IMG/VR virus record: IMGVR_UViG_3300035670_000085
Coordinates: 35,897-99,896 of that record
Length of the DNA stretch: 64,000 bases
Strand: one strand, 5' to 3'
DNA from: a virus
The notes below the pieces were generated by a model. The model saw only the letters and a list, made by a program, of their open reading frames with translations. It made no database searches and had not been told where the DNA came from. Positions 1 to 9,938 of this stretch are shown here, piece after piece. A program made the position numbers and the translations under genes. The stretch's first letter is position 1, and each line of letters starts with the position of its first letter.

Positions 1-23
1 TAATTTAAAGGAGTGTTTCAAAT

Positions 24-416
24 ATGAAAATGTCCGATGCTTGTGAATTGGATTTTTTTGAACAAATTTGCACAGTATCTAAGAAAGATAAAGAAACTGT
101 ACGTGATATTTTAAGATCCATTTTAATGGTAACTACTGCTAATCTTTATTTTGATAAAACGGAAATTGTAATACCTTATTTGTGTAAATTAAATATTAAA
201 TATGAAGATGCAATTCGTATAAATAAAAAAACTTCAAAATGTTGGAGCACAACTGATATATCAATAACAGCAGAACCATTAACTGCACTAATAAAAGAAA
301 TTGTAGCCTTAAATGAAGGAGACGATCCAGAATCATTGCAACATCTTGATAATAGTATTGCTATGAAAATGTCTCAACTTTTGGAGGTTGTTGACGATGG
401 GGAAGAAAAAAAATAA
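24..416 (+). CDS. Hypothetical protein, possibly HU/IHF-like DNA-binding fold
   Basis: Two helices then IVIPYLCKL strand, a loose match to the HU pattern. Confidence 0.3.
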   Translation: MKMSDACELDFFEQICTVSKKDKETVRDILRSILMVTTANLYFDKTEIVIPYLCKLNIKYEDAIRINKKTSKCWSTTDISITAEPLTALIKEIVALNEGDDPESLQHLDNSIAMKMSQLLEVVDDGEEKK

Positions 417-1798
417 AGACTTAGTTCACAGAGTTGCTGTTTTAATATCAAAAAAATTAACTAAGGCAGATTGGATGGCTTCTTTCTGGGATGAAATAGA
501 TGAGATAAAGGATAAAGATGTTATTACAGAACGTAAAAAATTATTACAACTTTCTGGGGAAATAATAAGATTGGTTAGACTAGAAATAGATAAAGAAAAT
601 GAGAAATAAATTTTAATGGAGAAAATATAATATGAAAGATGGTTATAAACAACTTGAAGAATTTAAAGCAGGTAAAAGAAAATATTTAAAATATGCTTGG
701 AGAGAAAAAGCTATTTCTTTTTCTTTTTTACCTAAATTTGCTCATGTTAGGGTTCAAAAAACAGAAAGTTATTCCCTTCAATTTTTAAAATGGAATTTTC
801 GTTTAGTATATATGAAAAATGAGAAATAAAATATTCAATATGAGAAAGAAAAAGAAAAAGAAATTTAAAATTGACCATACTGTTTTTTATAGCTTTGGTT
901 TCTATCTATTTCCAACTATTATTGTAGAAAAAATATCTTGTATAGATGCAAATGGAATAGAATTTTCTTTTCATTGGGGTAATATTGGGTATGACATAAT
1001 ATTGTGGAAAAATAAATGAAATATTTGATTTGTAAACAAGATGCATATGACACTATCAATTATATCACTGATGATATGTCTATGCCAGATGATATGGAAT
1101 ACAAAGATTTTTTAAACTATGTCCGACCTTATGTTATTGAAAATTGGGAACAATTTGTAAAAGAATTAAATTGTTTTAAAGTATTGCATATAGAATATCC
1201 AGAAGGAACATGGACGATAAAAGAAGATAAAAGAACATACACTGATTTTTCAAAAGAAGAATTATATAAATTAAATGATACTACTAATAAAAAAGAACCA
1301 ACTACATTCGAGAAGGTGAGAGATGAAAAAGTTCAGAAAGGAAAACAATTTTTACAACGATTTGGACGACATAAACGATGATAATTTTGATATCGTTTTA
1401 TCAGATTTTGAAGAAGAAGAATATGATTTAAGTGGTATTGGGCTTGAAGGATTCTTTTTATCTGTAGAACAGTATAATAATTATTTGTGGTCTGAAGATG
1501 GATTTTCTTTTAGTTTTGAAAATTATGAAGAATTAAAACGATATTTAAATGTAATCGATGATTGTTTTGTTATTTATGACGAAGATGATATGGAATGTAG
1601 AATGACTGAAGATCAACTTGATAATATTAAACATATTTTAAAAGGAGAATAGATATGATAGTTTTTCTTATATTGCTTTTAATACTTCAAATATATTTAA
1701 TTTATGCTGGTATTAAAAATAAAGATTATATATTTATTCTTATAAATATGGCTTCTGCTATATATAATATATTTATAATGTATCAATATTTTTTGTAA
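388..1798 (+). CDS. Run of small hypothetical ORFs (388-609, 632-829, 819-1019, 1016-1381, 1323-1652, and a hydrophobic 47-aa ORF at 1655-1798)
   Basis: Overlapping or abutting ORFs with SD-like sites; no recognisable motifs. Confidence 0.6.
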
Positions 1799-1805
1799 GT
1801 GGTTA

Positions 1806-1819
1806 CATACTAATAAATA
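1806..1819 (+). promoter_or_regulatory. Late promoter motif (CATACTAATAAATA)
   Basis: One mismatch to the recurrent TATACTAATAAATA. Confidence 0.65.
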
Positions 1820-1961
1820 GAAATGCCAAAAAACTTATGATTTAATAATTAATTCACAAGTAATCGCATTTCTAAATAGTATACCCTCTATGCCTCCGTT
1901 TAAATTTGTTAAACATGCACAATTTAGGGGGTCTTTGGGATCTGGTAACAGGATGACCCGT

Positions 1962-1998
1962 GAAGCGTAAGACTGCGCAATCTTACGCTTCTTTTTTT
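1962..1998 (+). terminator. Intrinsic terminator
   Basis: GAAGCGTAAGA/TCTTACGCTTC 11-bp stem followed by a T run. Confidence 0.85.
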
Positions 1999-2004
1999 AT
2001 TTTT

Positions 2005-2018
2005 TATACTAATAAATA
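2005..2018 (+). promoter_or_regulatory. Late promoter TATACTAATAAATA
   Basis: Exact copy of the recurrent motif. Confidence 0.8.
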
Positions 2019-2037
2019 TATAGAATAGTTTTATAAT

Positions 2038-3150
2038 ATGGTGGCAAATATGCCTATTACGAAAGATGATGTTCTCTCTCTCCTTCCAGATAAAAATGAC
2101 TATCGTCCTGGTTTACAATTAAAAAAAGACTTAGGACTTGAATTATTTCAAAATGTTGTTATTCAAAAAGCTATAAATTTTCCTATACCATTATATGTTG
2201 TAACTTATAATTCAAGATATCCAGAACGTGCTATTTTTTACAGTAAAGTAAAAGCTATAAAAACGTCTTTAATAACAAAATTAAAACAATATGGTGTCGC
2301 TAATAAATTTAAAGAATTAAGATTAACCCCACCAATCGATTTAAATTATTTTAATAGTCGTTTAAGAACAAATTCAATGATTTTTTGTCGGGATATGTGC
2401 GGGGAACAATTCAGAGACGATAAGATGTTCCAACGAATAAATGAAAGTTTGATTGAAGTAAAAAAAGATACAAGAAATTATTGTATATTTACTGGAAAAA
2501 TTTTAGAAGGTATTATTCGTCCAAATAAATATACAAACGAAATATCTGCAATAGTTAAAAGAAATTCAAATTTGTTATCACAGAATGATAATGAAAATAA
2601 TATAATTTTTTTATTGAATTCATTATTATATAATAAATATAAAATTCATTTTATATATGATGAGAATTCAAATAGAAATCTTCCTATATCAATCGCAGCA
2701 TATAATTATAAAAATAATGATATTGAAGTAGGAATAACTGACACTTTACTTAATAATACAAAAGATAACGGCATATTAAAACAATTATTTGAACAAATAG
2801 AATTGATTATTGGTCACGAAATAATCCACAGATTACAATTTGGTCAAAATAAAATTAAAAAACTTATGAACAAATACAATGTTGAAAATATTGATGATTT
2901 AAATCAAGTTAGGAAGTACCTCTCCGATAAAGATGAAATAATGGCTTATGCTTGGCAGATAGTAGAATTTTTTAAAGTACATGATTATTCAAAAGAAAAA
3001 ATAAAAACTCTATTGCAAAGTAACCATCTTGATAATGAAAAATATCAATACGAACCCTTATATTATTACCATAAAGTATTTACAATAAATGACACACCTT
3101 TGAAACTATTGTATAAATATATGTACTCTTATTTAGATATAGAAGGTTGA
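2038..3150 (+). CDS. Zincin-like metallopeptidase domain protein
   Basis: IIGHEIIHRLQ (HExxH) with downstream Y-x5-EIMAYA. Confidence 0.6.
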   Translation: MVANMPITKDDVLSLLPDKNDYRPGLQLKKDLGLELFQNVVIQKAINFPIPLYVVTYNSRYPERAIFYSKVKAIKTSLITKLKQYGVANKFKELRLTPPIDLNYFNSRLRTNSMIFCRDMCGEQFRDDKMFQRINESLIEVKKDTRNYCIFTGKILEGIIRPNKYTNEISAIVKRNSNLLSQNDNENNIIFLLNSLLYNKYKIHFIYDENSNRNLPISIAAYNYKNNDIEVGITDTLLNNTKDNGILKQLFEQIELIIGHEIIHRLQFGQNKIKKLMNKYNVENIDDLNQVRKYLSDKDEIMAYAWQIVEFFKVHDYSKEKIKTLLQSNHLDNEKYQYEPLYYYHKVFTINDTPLKLLYKYMYSYLDIEG

Positions 3151-3188
3151 GGACGATTGCCTATTTTAGATAATTAGTTATATTACAT

Positions 3189-3665
3189 ATGGTGGTAGTT
3201 ATGCAGTTATTAATAGCATTCTTATTTAGGGCCGCTATTTACGTTTTATTCGGGTGGGGATTAGAGATATTAGCTACTTCTATAAGTAAAGTTTTTACTA
3301 AAGGATGGAATGAAGATACAAAATTATTAAATGGCGATGTTAGTGTATGGATGGCTCCAGTATATGGAGTATTTATATTTTTTTGTTTTGAACCCTTACA
3401 TAATCTAATAAGTTTCTTACCAGTCTATATTCGTTTTGCTATTTGGGGATTTTGTTTCATGGGTGTTGAATTTATAACTGGTTTAGTTTATGATAAAGTC
3501 TTTGGTATTCGACCTTGGAATTATGATAATGATGATGGAAATATCTGTGGTTATACAAAATGGTCCCTTTTTAGTTACTGGGCGTGGGCAGCATTTTGGT
3601 TGGAGTCTTTAAGCATGATTTTAATATATGCAACTCCTACAATATGTAAATATTTTGGATATTAA
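3189..3665 (+). CDS. Membrane protein, CmpB/TMEM229 (ABC_trans_CmpB)-like
   Basis: Four hydrophobic segments; GW-x2-E, P-x-YG, EFITG, W-x-Y and N-x2-G motifs. Confidence 0.65.
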   Translation: MVVVMQLLIAFLFRAAIYVLFGWGLEILATSISKVFTKGWNEDTKLLNGDVSVWMAPVYGVFIFFCFEPLHNLISFLPVYIRFAIWGFCFMGVEFITGLVYDKVFGIRPWNYDNDDGNICGYTKWSLFSYWAWAAFWLESLSMILIYATPTICKYFGY

Positions 3666-3668
3666 AAA

Positions 3669-3953
3669 ATGAAACGTTATAAATCATTATTAGAAGATGA
3701 TAAAAATAAACGATTTGCTTTACTTCTTTCTGATATGAAACATAGTCGTGGTTCATTTAAATATTTTGATACTGAAAAAGAAGCAGTTGATTTTGTTAAG
3801 AAACTACACAGCCAAAATAAACTTATGAGATATGTAGAAATAGAATTGCTTGATAGAAGTATTAAAGATTATCAAAGTCCTAAATATAGTAGAGTATTGT
3901 GGGATGGATTACATAATGAATTATATGTTAGAGGATATTTGGAGAGAATATAA
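3669..3953 (+). CDS. Leader-bearing putative internal head protein
   Basis: N-terminus MKRYKSLLED. Confidence 0.7.
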   Translation: MKRYKSLLEDDKNKRFALLLSDMKHSRGSFKYFDTEKEAVDFVKKLHSQNKLMRYVEIELLDRSIKDYQSPKYSRVLWDGLHNELYVRGYLERI

Positions 3954-3972
3954 TAAATAAGAGGTTATCGTC

Positions 3973-4113
3973 ATGGGTAAAAATCCTTCAGAAGCAAATA
4001 AAAAAGAAACTCCTAAATGGAAAACAACTATAGTTATTTCTCATTATATAAAACCTAATGGGGCATGGGGAAAAAGAACTACAGAAATACGTGAAGAGGT
4101 TATTAAAAAATGA
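3973..4113 (+). CDS. Small hypothetical protein (46 aa)
   Basis: GAGG SD; ATGA overlap with next gene. Confidence 0.55.
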   Translation: MGKNPSEANKKETPKWKTTIVISHYIKPNGAWGKRTTEIREEVIKK

Positions 4114-4613
4114 GACGATATAAACCGCTGTTTGAAAAAGTTGATTTAGAAAAAAAAGATTATCATGTTAGAGAATGGGATGAAGATTCTCGTGATACAT
4201 GGGAATATCTTCTTTCTAAATATGAAAACTGGGATCAAGCTAATAAAGATGGTATGGGAAGTCTTTATAATACTTTAGAAAAAAGTTTTATAAGTAATGG
4301 TGATGTTGCAAAGGAATTACTAAAATCTAATAGACAAAATAAAAATTATTTAAATGTTGGTGATGTTCTTTATTTTAAATATATAAACGCTTCAATAATG
4401 GGAAGAAATCCTTTGGATAATAAAGGTATAAAAGAGTTTAAAAAAAATGCATATGTAATTGTGACAGAAGTGAATTTAGAATCTAAAGTTTATGGGTTTA
4501 ATAAAAGCAATAAAAACAAAACAATATTAGGAAATACTTTTTATTATAAAATAAGCGATATAAATGAGTTATTAGAAAAACGAGAAGGAAAATCAATAGA
4601 AGTAATTTATTAA
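4110..4613 (+). CDS. Leader-bearing putative internal head protein
   Basis: MRRYKPLFE. Confidence 0.7.
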   Translation: MRRYKPLFEKVDLEKKDYHVREWDEDSRDTWEYLLSKYENWDQANKDGMGSLYNTLEKSFISNGDVAKELLKSNRQNKNYLNVGDVLYFKYINASIMGRNPLDNKGIKEFKKNAYVIVTEVNLESKVYGFNKSNKNKTILGNTFYYKISDINELLEKREGKSIEVIY

Positions 4614-4615
4614 TT

Positions 4616-4915
4616 ATGAAACGTTATAAAAAATTATTTGAATCACAAACTTATCATTCAATAGCTTACAGAGATATTGAAAATACAAGATATAAATCTA
4701 TAAAACCATATAGAGAATATCTTATTATTACTTCTGAAAGTAAAATAGAAAAAGATGGAAATATGATTTGTTATGATAACATTAAATTATATACTAAAGA
4801 AAATTATGCATCTAAAAAAATATCTAACAAAATGATTTTAGTTGATGTAAAAAATATGTGCATTGATATTAAAAGAGACCATTGGATATTTAAAAATGAG
4901 GATATAAATATATGA
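4616..4915 (+). CDS. Leader-bearing putative internal head protein
   Basis: MKRYKKLFE. Confidence 0.7.
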   Translation: MKRYKKLFESQTYHSIAYRDIENTRYKSIKPYREYLIITSESKIEKDGNMICYDNIKLYTKENYASKKISNKMILVDVKNMCIDIKRDHWIFKNEDINI

Positions 4916-5343
4916 AACGGTATAAACCCTTACTTAGAGAGGAAAATTCACTATCGCAATTAGATAAACCAGAATTAGTAGATAAATTATTTCAATATTT
5001 TAAAGAGAATCCGTATCCACTTGACCACGAAGGATTCCATAAATTTGCTGAATCTCTTGGTATGGAAGCAGATGATTTAGAAATCTATGGTTGGGCAATT
5101 ATTAGCTGTTTTGTTACTGGTGGAAATTTTAATAAGTCTGGTAAGAAAGAAGAAGATTTTGATTCTAAAGAAATTGAGATTGGAATTGATATTGAAAAAG
5201 AGCATACCGACTATACTAATGAAAATCCTGTTGTAAAACGTATTGCAAATTTTATGCAAAAAAGAATTGCAAAAGATCATCTTTCAGAATTTTCAAATTA
5301 TTATACTTTGTTAAAAGAAATGGAAAAAAATGCAAAAAAATAA
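4912..5343 (+). CDS. Leader-bearing protein with DUF5661-like C-terminal domain
   Basis: MKRYKPLLRE; G-x3-EKEHT...IAKDHL-x-E...YYT-x-L-x2-ME. Confidence 0.65.
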   Translation: MKRYKPLLREENSLSQLDKPELVDKLFQYFKENPYPLDHEGFHKFAESLGMEADDLEIYGWAIISCFVTGGNFNKSGKKEEDFDSKEIEIGIDIEKEHTDYTNENPVVKRIANFMQKRIAKDHLSEFSNYYTLLKEMEKNAKK

Positions 5344-5348
5344 TAATA

Positions 5349-5362
5349 TATACTAATAAATA
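5349..5362 (+). promoter_or_regulatory. Late promoter TATACTAATAAATA
   Basis: Exact motif, intergenic. Confidence 0.8.
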
Positions 5363-5390
5363 TATAACAATAAAAAAGAGGTAATTGATC

Positions 5391-5708
5391 ATGTATAGAA
5401 GTGTATTTGAAGAAAGCAATGGTAAAAGAAAAATGAATGAAGCTGTAGTATTTTCTATTAGCACAATAGACGATGCTTTTGAAGCTATTCAAAAATGTGT
5501 TGCATTGATAATTGAAAAGAAAAAATCCAGCATGGCTATGATGCTTCCTAGAATAGCTGAAGCAGTAATGAACGGAATTAAAGATGCACTTGGAAATATC
5601 TATAGTGATCCTAACAAAATTGAATCTGTTAAAAAACAAATAGTAGCTAAATTTATTCGTTTCTTTAAACAAGATGCAGTTAGTGCTCCAGAAGAACCAA
5701 TGATGTAG
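5391..5708 (+). CDS. Leader-variant putative internal head protein
   Basis: MYRSVFEE, then KMNE as in the capsid N-terminus; AGAGGT SD. Confidence 0.6.
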   Translation: MYRSVFEESNGKRKMNEAVVFSISTIDDAFEAIQKCVALIIEKKKSSMAMMLPRIAEAVMNGIKDALGNIYSDPNKIESVKKQIVAKFIRFFKQDAVSAPEEPMM

Positions 5709-5716
5709 TATTAAGT

Positions 5717-5986
5717 ATGAAACGATACATTAGTATTTTTAAAGAATCTGGAACTGGTAATTACGCACCAAGTAGCATTCTTTTTAAAACAGATGAAGAG
5801 TTTAATAGGGCAGTGGAATTGTTAAGTTCTCTTAATTTTCAATTTAAACCAGATTTCTATATAAGAAAAAATGGTAATATTTCTGGGTATAGTAAAAATT
5901 ATTTAAGTTTTACATACTCTAAAGATTGGACTAAACTTGTTAAACTTCTTCAAAAAAATAATGTAGATTTCAAACAAATAAAATGA
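5717..5986 (+). CDS. Leader-bearing putative internal head protein
   Basis: MKRYISIFKE. Confidence 0.7.
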   Translation: MKRYISIFKESGTGNYAPSSILFKTDEEFNRAVELLSSLNFQFKPDFYIRKNGNISGYSKNYLSFTYSKDWTKLVKLLQKNNVDFKQIK

Positions 5987-6084
5987 GGCGATACAAACCA
6001 TTATTTGAATATATGACTCCTTCCGAAAGGAAAGGAGCTTTTCTACATGGTCAAACTAATTTAGGAAAGATGGTAATGAAATGA
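5983..6084 (+). CDS. Leader-bearing 33-aa micro-ORF (below the ORF-track cutoff)
   Basis: MRRYKPLFEYMTPSERKGAFLHGQTNLGKMVMK*; ATGA overlaps at both ends. Confidence 0.7.
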   Translation: MRRYKPLFEYMTPSERKGAFLHGQTNLGKMVMK

Positions 6085-6320
6085 AAAGATACAAAAGTAT
6101 ATTTAAAGAATCAAAAGAAGATGTTATAAAACGAGCATTAAATTTTGCAGATTCTGGCTCATTTCCTGTTAATAGAAAAGTATTTCGTTTTATGATGTAT
6201 TTAAATGATGAACAATTTGATATTGAAGAAATTAAGCAATTAGCATGTGAATTCTATAAAATACATAGAAGTAAAGTAGAAGGAATATTTAAAGAAGTTG
6301 AAAGATTAGAAAAAATATGA
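6081..6320 (+). CDS. Leader-bearing putative internal head protein
   Basis: MKRYKSIFKE. Confidence 0.7.
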   Translation: MKRYKSIFKESKEDVIKRALNFADSGSFPVNRKVFRFMMYLNDEQFDIEEIKQLACEFYKIHRSKVEGIFKEVERLEKI

Positions 6321-6988
6321 AAAGATACAAACAACTTTTTAAAGAAGATCATGAACATTGGATAGATATAAAATTTTCTGATATAGAAAAGTTGGAAGAA
6401 GAACTTCATCTTGCAGATTTTAAAAAACATGCTGGTGCTTCTGATTTTACAAAAGATTGGATAGAAATAAGACGTAAGATAAAAGGACCAGGAAACAAAT
6501 CAGCTAAATTACATTCACTAAAGGTAAATCGTAAGGACGATTACGTTATTTTTGTATTTAAATCATCACCAACATATTCCGGATTAGAAAAATCAGTCAA
6601 TGTTAAATCTATGACATGGAATGGAAAAGTTAAAGCTTATACCGAAATGATAAAAATAAATGACTTCTTCAAATTGGCAGAAACTAAACCAGGATATGTT
6701 GAAAAAGAAATGACTTGGAAAGAAATAAAAGAAATTCTTTCTGTTGCGCCGATTTCGGTCTCCTGCAATTGCGGAAGTTTCACCTATCAAGGATTGTCTT
6801 ATTATTTGACACAATTAGAGGGAACAATTTTTCCAAATAATATAGAACCGAAGCGATGGAATAAATACCATGATAAAGGAAATGATATAGGATTGCTTTG
6901 TAAACATTTATCAATGATTTTTAATAGCATAGATTTCTTTTTATCTAACTTTACAAGTATGATAAATAAATATATTCAGGGTAAATAA
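6317..6988 (+). CDS. Leader-bearing SWIM-type zinc finger protein
   Basis: MKRYKQLFKE; VSCNCGSF...LLCKHL (CxC...CxH). Confidence 0.7.
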   Translation: MKRYKQLFKEDHEHWIDIKFSDIEKLEEELHLADFKKHAGASDFTKDWIEIRRKIKGPGNKSAKLHSLKVNRKDDYVIFVFKSSPTYSGLEKSVNVKSMTWNGKVKAYTEMIKINDFFKLAETKPGYVEKEMTWKEIKEILSVAPISVSCNCGSFTYQGLSYYLTQLEGTIFPNNIEPKRWNKYHDKGNDIGLLCKHLSMIFNSIDFFLSNFTSMINKYIQGK

Positions 6989-6989
6989 C

Positions 6990-7490
6990 ATGCCTTCACG
7001 GTCAGAGAGACAAAGAAATTTCATCTTTGCTAAACGCGGAGAATACAAAACCAAATCAGATACTCCAGAAGATTGGAAATGGGTGTGGAATGATGAATGG
7101 GAAAAAATAGAGGAGAGGTTTCCAATAAAACGATATAAACCATTGTTTGAATCAAATAAAATTATCTATTTTATCCGTGCAACAGATAAACAAGAAGTAC
7201 AAAGTAAACATTATGGAGATTACTGGAGATTCTTCAAGTCCTTAAAAGATTTATCTAATTTAATAAAATCAAATCAATTATATGTTGCTCAAAAAGATAA
7301 AAATGATCAATATATGATAATAGGACAAGGAAATATAGACGAACTTGAATTAAATTATTCTGAATTAAACGATGACTTTGATTCAAAAGAGATGCATTTT
7401 AAATTCAAAGACTTATTCGATAAAAATTATACACCTTCCTCTAAAGTTCTTTATGCTGGAAAAATTGATTACGATTTAAAATTAAAATAA
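6990..7490 (+). CDS. Protein with an internal copy of the leader (possible fusion)
   Basis: IKRYKPLFES from nt 7125, preceded by AGGAGAGG. Confidence 0.6.
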   Translation: MPSRSERQRNFIFAKRGEYKTKSDTPEDWKWVWNDEWEKIEERFPIKRYKPLFESNKIIYFIRATDKQEVQSKHYGDYWRFFKSLKDLSNLIKSNQLYVAQKDKNDQYMIIGQGNIDELELNYSELNDDFDSKEMHFKFKDLFDKNYTPSSKVLYAGKIDYDLKLK

Positions 7491-7491
7491 T

Positions 7492-8640
7492 ATGAAAAGA
7501 TATAAACCATTATTTAAAGAATCTATTCAATCAGAAAAAGCTATAGCAGAATTAGTTGATTTCGTTATAGATAAATTATCTAATAATATGATGAAAAAAA
7601 TAAATAATGGTGATTTTATTCCAGAAAAAAGATTTAATTTAAGAATGAGTTTTGATGAAAATAAATATTCAAATCCACCAGAAATATTAAAAGAATTTGT
7701 TAATTTATTTTTATATGAATTTGATGTTATATTATCAAGTGATAAAGATAAAGCAAATGGTGTATATCAAAGTAAAAAAAATAGAATAGTATTATGGAAT
7801 GTATTATTTCCAAATACATGGACTAAAGATAATCCTCATTTTGAAGGAAAAAAAGAAATTAAAGATTATTTCAGAAGATATTCTAGAGGTACTCTAATTC
7901 ATGAGTTTGCCCATGCTTATGACGATTTTATAAGTCGTGGAAAATATTTACCTAAAAAATATAAAGATGCCCCAGAAAGTCATGAAGACGAGAAGGGATG
8001 GAAAGATTACGCAAAACAAAATTTAGAAGTCAATGCAAGATATACTGATTGGATAAATGAACATCAAAAAGAAAGAATTACTTACACTTGGCCAGAATAT
8101 GTAAAAGAATTTAAACAAGAATGGGGGATTAAATACTTAAATCCGGAACAATATCGAAGACTTATAAATAGACTATTTGCTCAATATAATGAACCACTAC
8201 CAGAAGATTTTAAACTAGAAGTTTTAAATAGTTTATCCTTTAAATTATTTCATAAAGGATTTGAGAATAAGTTAAATGTTAATGATTTTATTCCAGAAGA
8301 TAAAAGATGGAAAGATCAACTGACCAAAAAAGATATTTTTAATTATATGAAAAAATCTATACAGAATATTTTAACTGGAAAAGTTAAAGAATCTGAGATA
8401 AAAAATCCAGCAATAATTGATAATAGATATGCTGGTTTAAAATCTATAAAATATAGTTTTGAATTGATTGATTCTATGGAAGAAAATCTTAAAAAACATG
8501 CAGACAATCCAGATATTGTTAAAACAATTCAAAAACAAATTGATAAAGAATTAGCATATTATGAAGGATTTAAAAGAATATTTAAATTATCTGATGAAGA
8601 TTTAAAACAGATTAATGATGTTATGATAAAATATTCATAA
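7492..8640 (+). CDS. Leader-bearing zincin-like metallopeptidase
   Basis: MKRYKPLFKE; TLIHEFAHAYD; downstream Y...EVNARY. Confidence 0.7.
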   Translation: MKRYKPLFKESIQSEKAIAELVDFVIDKLSNNMMKKINNGDFIPEKRFNLRMSFDENKYSNPPEILKEFVNLFLYEFDVILSSDKDKANGVYQSKKNRIVLWNVLFPNTWTKDNPHFEGKKEIKDYFRRYSRGTLIHEFAHAYDDFISRGKYLPKKYKDAPESHEDEKGWKDYAKQNLEVNARYTDWINEHQKERITYTWPEYVKEFKQEWGIKYLNPEQYRRLINRLFAQYNEPLPEDFKLEVLNSLSFKLFHKGFENKLNVNDFIPEDKRWKDQLTKKDIFNYMKKSIQNILTGKVKESEIKNPAIIDNRYAGLKSIKYSFELIDSMEENLKKHADNPDIVKTIQKQIDKELAYYEGFKRIFKLSDEDLKQINDVMIKYS

Positions 8641-8661
8641 TTTCTATTATATTGAAGAAAT

Positions 8662-8675
8662 TATACTAATAAATA
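8662..8675 (+). promoter_or_regulatory. Late promoter TATACTAATAAATA
   Basis: Exact motif. Confidence 0.8.
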
Positions 8676-8689
8676 TAAAGGTAATAAAT

Positions 8690-8941
8690 ATGAAAAGGTA
8701 TAAGCCATTATTCGAATCCTCTCAAAGATTTTGTGCAATATATAAAGCACAAAATAATAAATGGTACCTAGCTCTTGCTGACGAAGAATACGGTACATCA
8801 GAAGATGCCACTACTTACGGACCTTTTTCTAGTAAAGAGCAAGCTCATAGGTATTTGTTGAGAAATTTTTCAAATCCTGGTGGAATAATTGAGGATGGTT
8901 CTGGAGAACATTCAGTACCTCCCAGTGTTGTTAAGCCTTAG
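8690..8941 (+). CDS. Leader-bearing putative internal head protein
   Basis: MKRYKPLFES. Confidence 0.7.
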   Translation: MKRYKPLFESSQRFCAIYKAQNNKWYLALADEEYGTSEDATTYGPFSSKEQAHRYLLRNFSNPGGIIEDGSGEHSVPPSVVKP

Positions 8942-8981
8942 ATCTACATAGACAATTCAAAAATAGAATAGGTATGTAATT

Positions 8982-9335
8982 ATGATATGTGAACTAATTT
9001 CTTTCAGTGCAGCAGAACTCAATACAGGAATAGATGTTATAAAAGATATAGAATTTATTTCTATAGTTAAAAATGATGCAGAAGCGCTTCCAAAAGTATA
9101 TAGACCAATTGAGATACGCTTTTCAAATGTAAGCGGTATTGCAGCAAATATTGATATTTTTTCTGATATCGAACATGCTGCTTATCTAACAACTCCAACT
9201 TTATCTGATAAAATAACTATAGCTAATGGCGGTACATTGACATTAACCCCAACTAAAGATGCTATTACTAAAATAGTTGCTAAAGGTACAGCAGGACATT
9301 CTGGAAATTTAAATATTACAATAATAAAAGAGTAG
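8982..9335 (+). CDS. Beta-rich virion protein candidate, paralog of 11010-11357
   Basis: Shared DI, PI-x-I, N-x-S/T, FSD-x-E-x3-Y-x2-TPT and I-x-I-x-KE* motifs; no MKRY leader. Confidence 0.55.
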   Translation: MICELISFSAAELNTGIDVIKDIEFISIVKNDAEALPKVYRPIEIRFSNVSGIAANIDIFSDIEHAAYLTTPTLSDKITIANGGTLTLTPTKDAITKIVAKGTAGHSGNLNITIIKE

Positions 9336-9344
9336 GTGTAAAAA

Positions 9345-9641
9345 ATGAAAAGGTACAAAAGCTTATTTAAAGAAGATTCTACAGAATTTAATAATGATGA
9401 TTTTGTTTATCAAGAATTAAAATTTAAAAAACAATTATCAAAAGAATTGAAATTACCTTATACTGGAAAATGGGCAAATCAAAATAAAGAACTTCCAATT
9501 TATTTTGATGATGCAGATATGGTGTCAATGTTAGATGATAAAACTATTTTTAAAAATGCTATAAATGGTAAGCATACATATGGAGAATTAAAAACATTTG
9601 TTATAAACTTTATGAAAAAAAACACTCCTAATCTTATTTAA
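9345..9641 (+). CDS. Leader-bearing putative internal head protein
   Basis: MKRYKSLFKE. Confidence 0.7.
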   Translation: MKRYKSLFKEDSTEFNNDDFVYQELKFKKQLSKELKLPYTGKWANQNKELPIYFDDADMVSMLDDKTIFKNAINGKHTYGELKTFVINFMKKNTPNLI

Positions 9642-9656
9642 TAGAGGTAAAAAAAA

Positions 9657-9938
9657 ATGAAAAGATATAAAAGTGTTATTAGTAAAAATGAAATAAAATT
9701 AAATGAATCTAAGTGGAGTGATGCTAATCTAAGCAGGTTCTTTTTTAGTGGTGAATATGATAATTATCAGCATGGGAATCCAAAGAAAGCAGCGCAGCAA
9801 ATTTATGATCTCACTGTTAATTATTTAGATAATATTGAAAAGAATCTAGAATTGGCAGGTTCATTTTTAGCACCAGCCATAAAAGATGAACTTGAAAAAA
9901 TGTTAAAAAAGAATTTTAGTAGAATAAAAATAAAATGA
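9657..9938 (+). CDS. Leader-bearing protein with extended leader
   Basis: MKRYKSVISKNEIKLNE. Confidence 0.7.
   Translation: MKRYKSVISKNEIKLNESKWSDANLSRFFFSGEYDNYQHGNPKKAAQQIYDLTVNYLDNIEKNLELAGSFLAPAIKDELEKMLKKNFSRIKIK

Noticed and set aside
5212-5224. Partial late motif TATACTAATG inside a CDS
   Set aside because: Mismatch in the otherwise constant AATAA core, and a full copy lies about 135 nt downstream.
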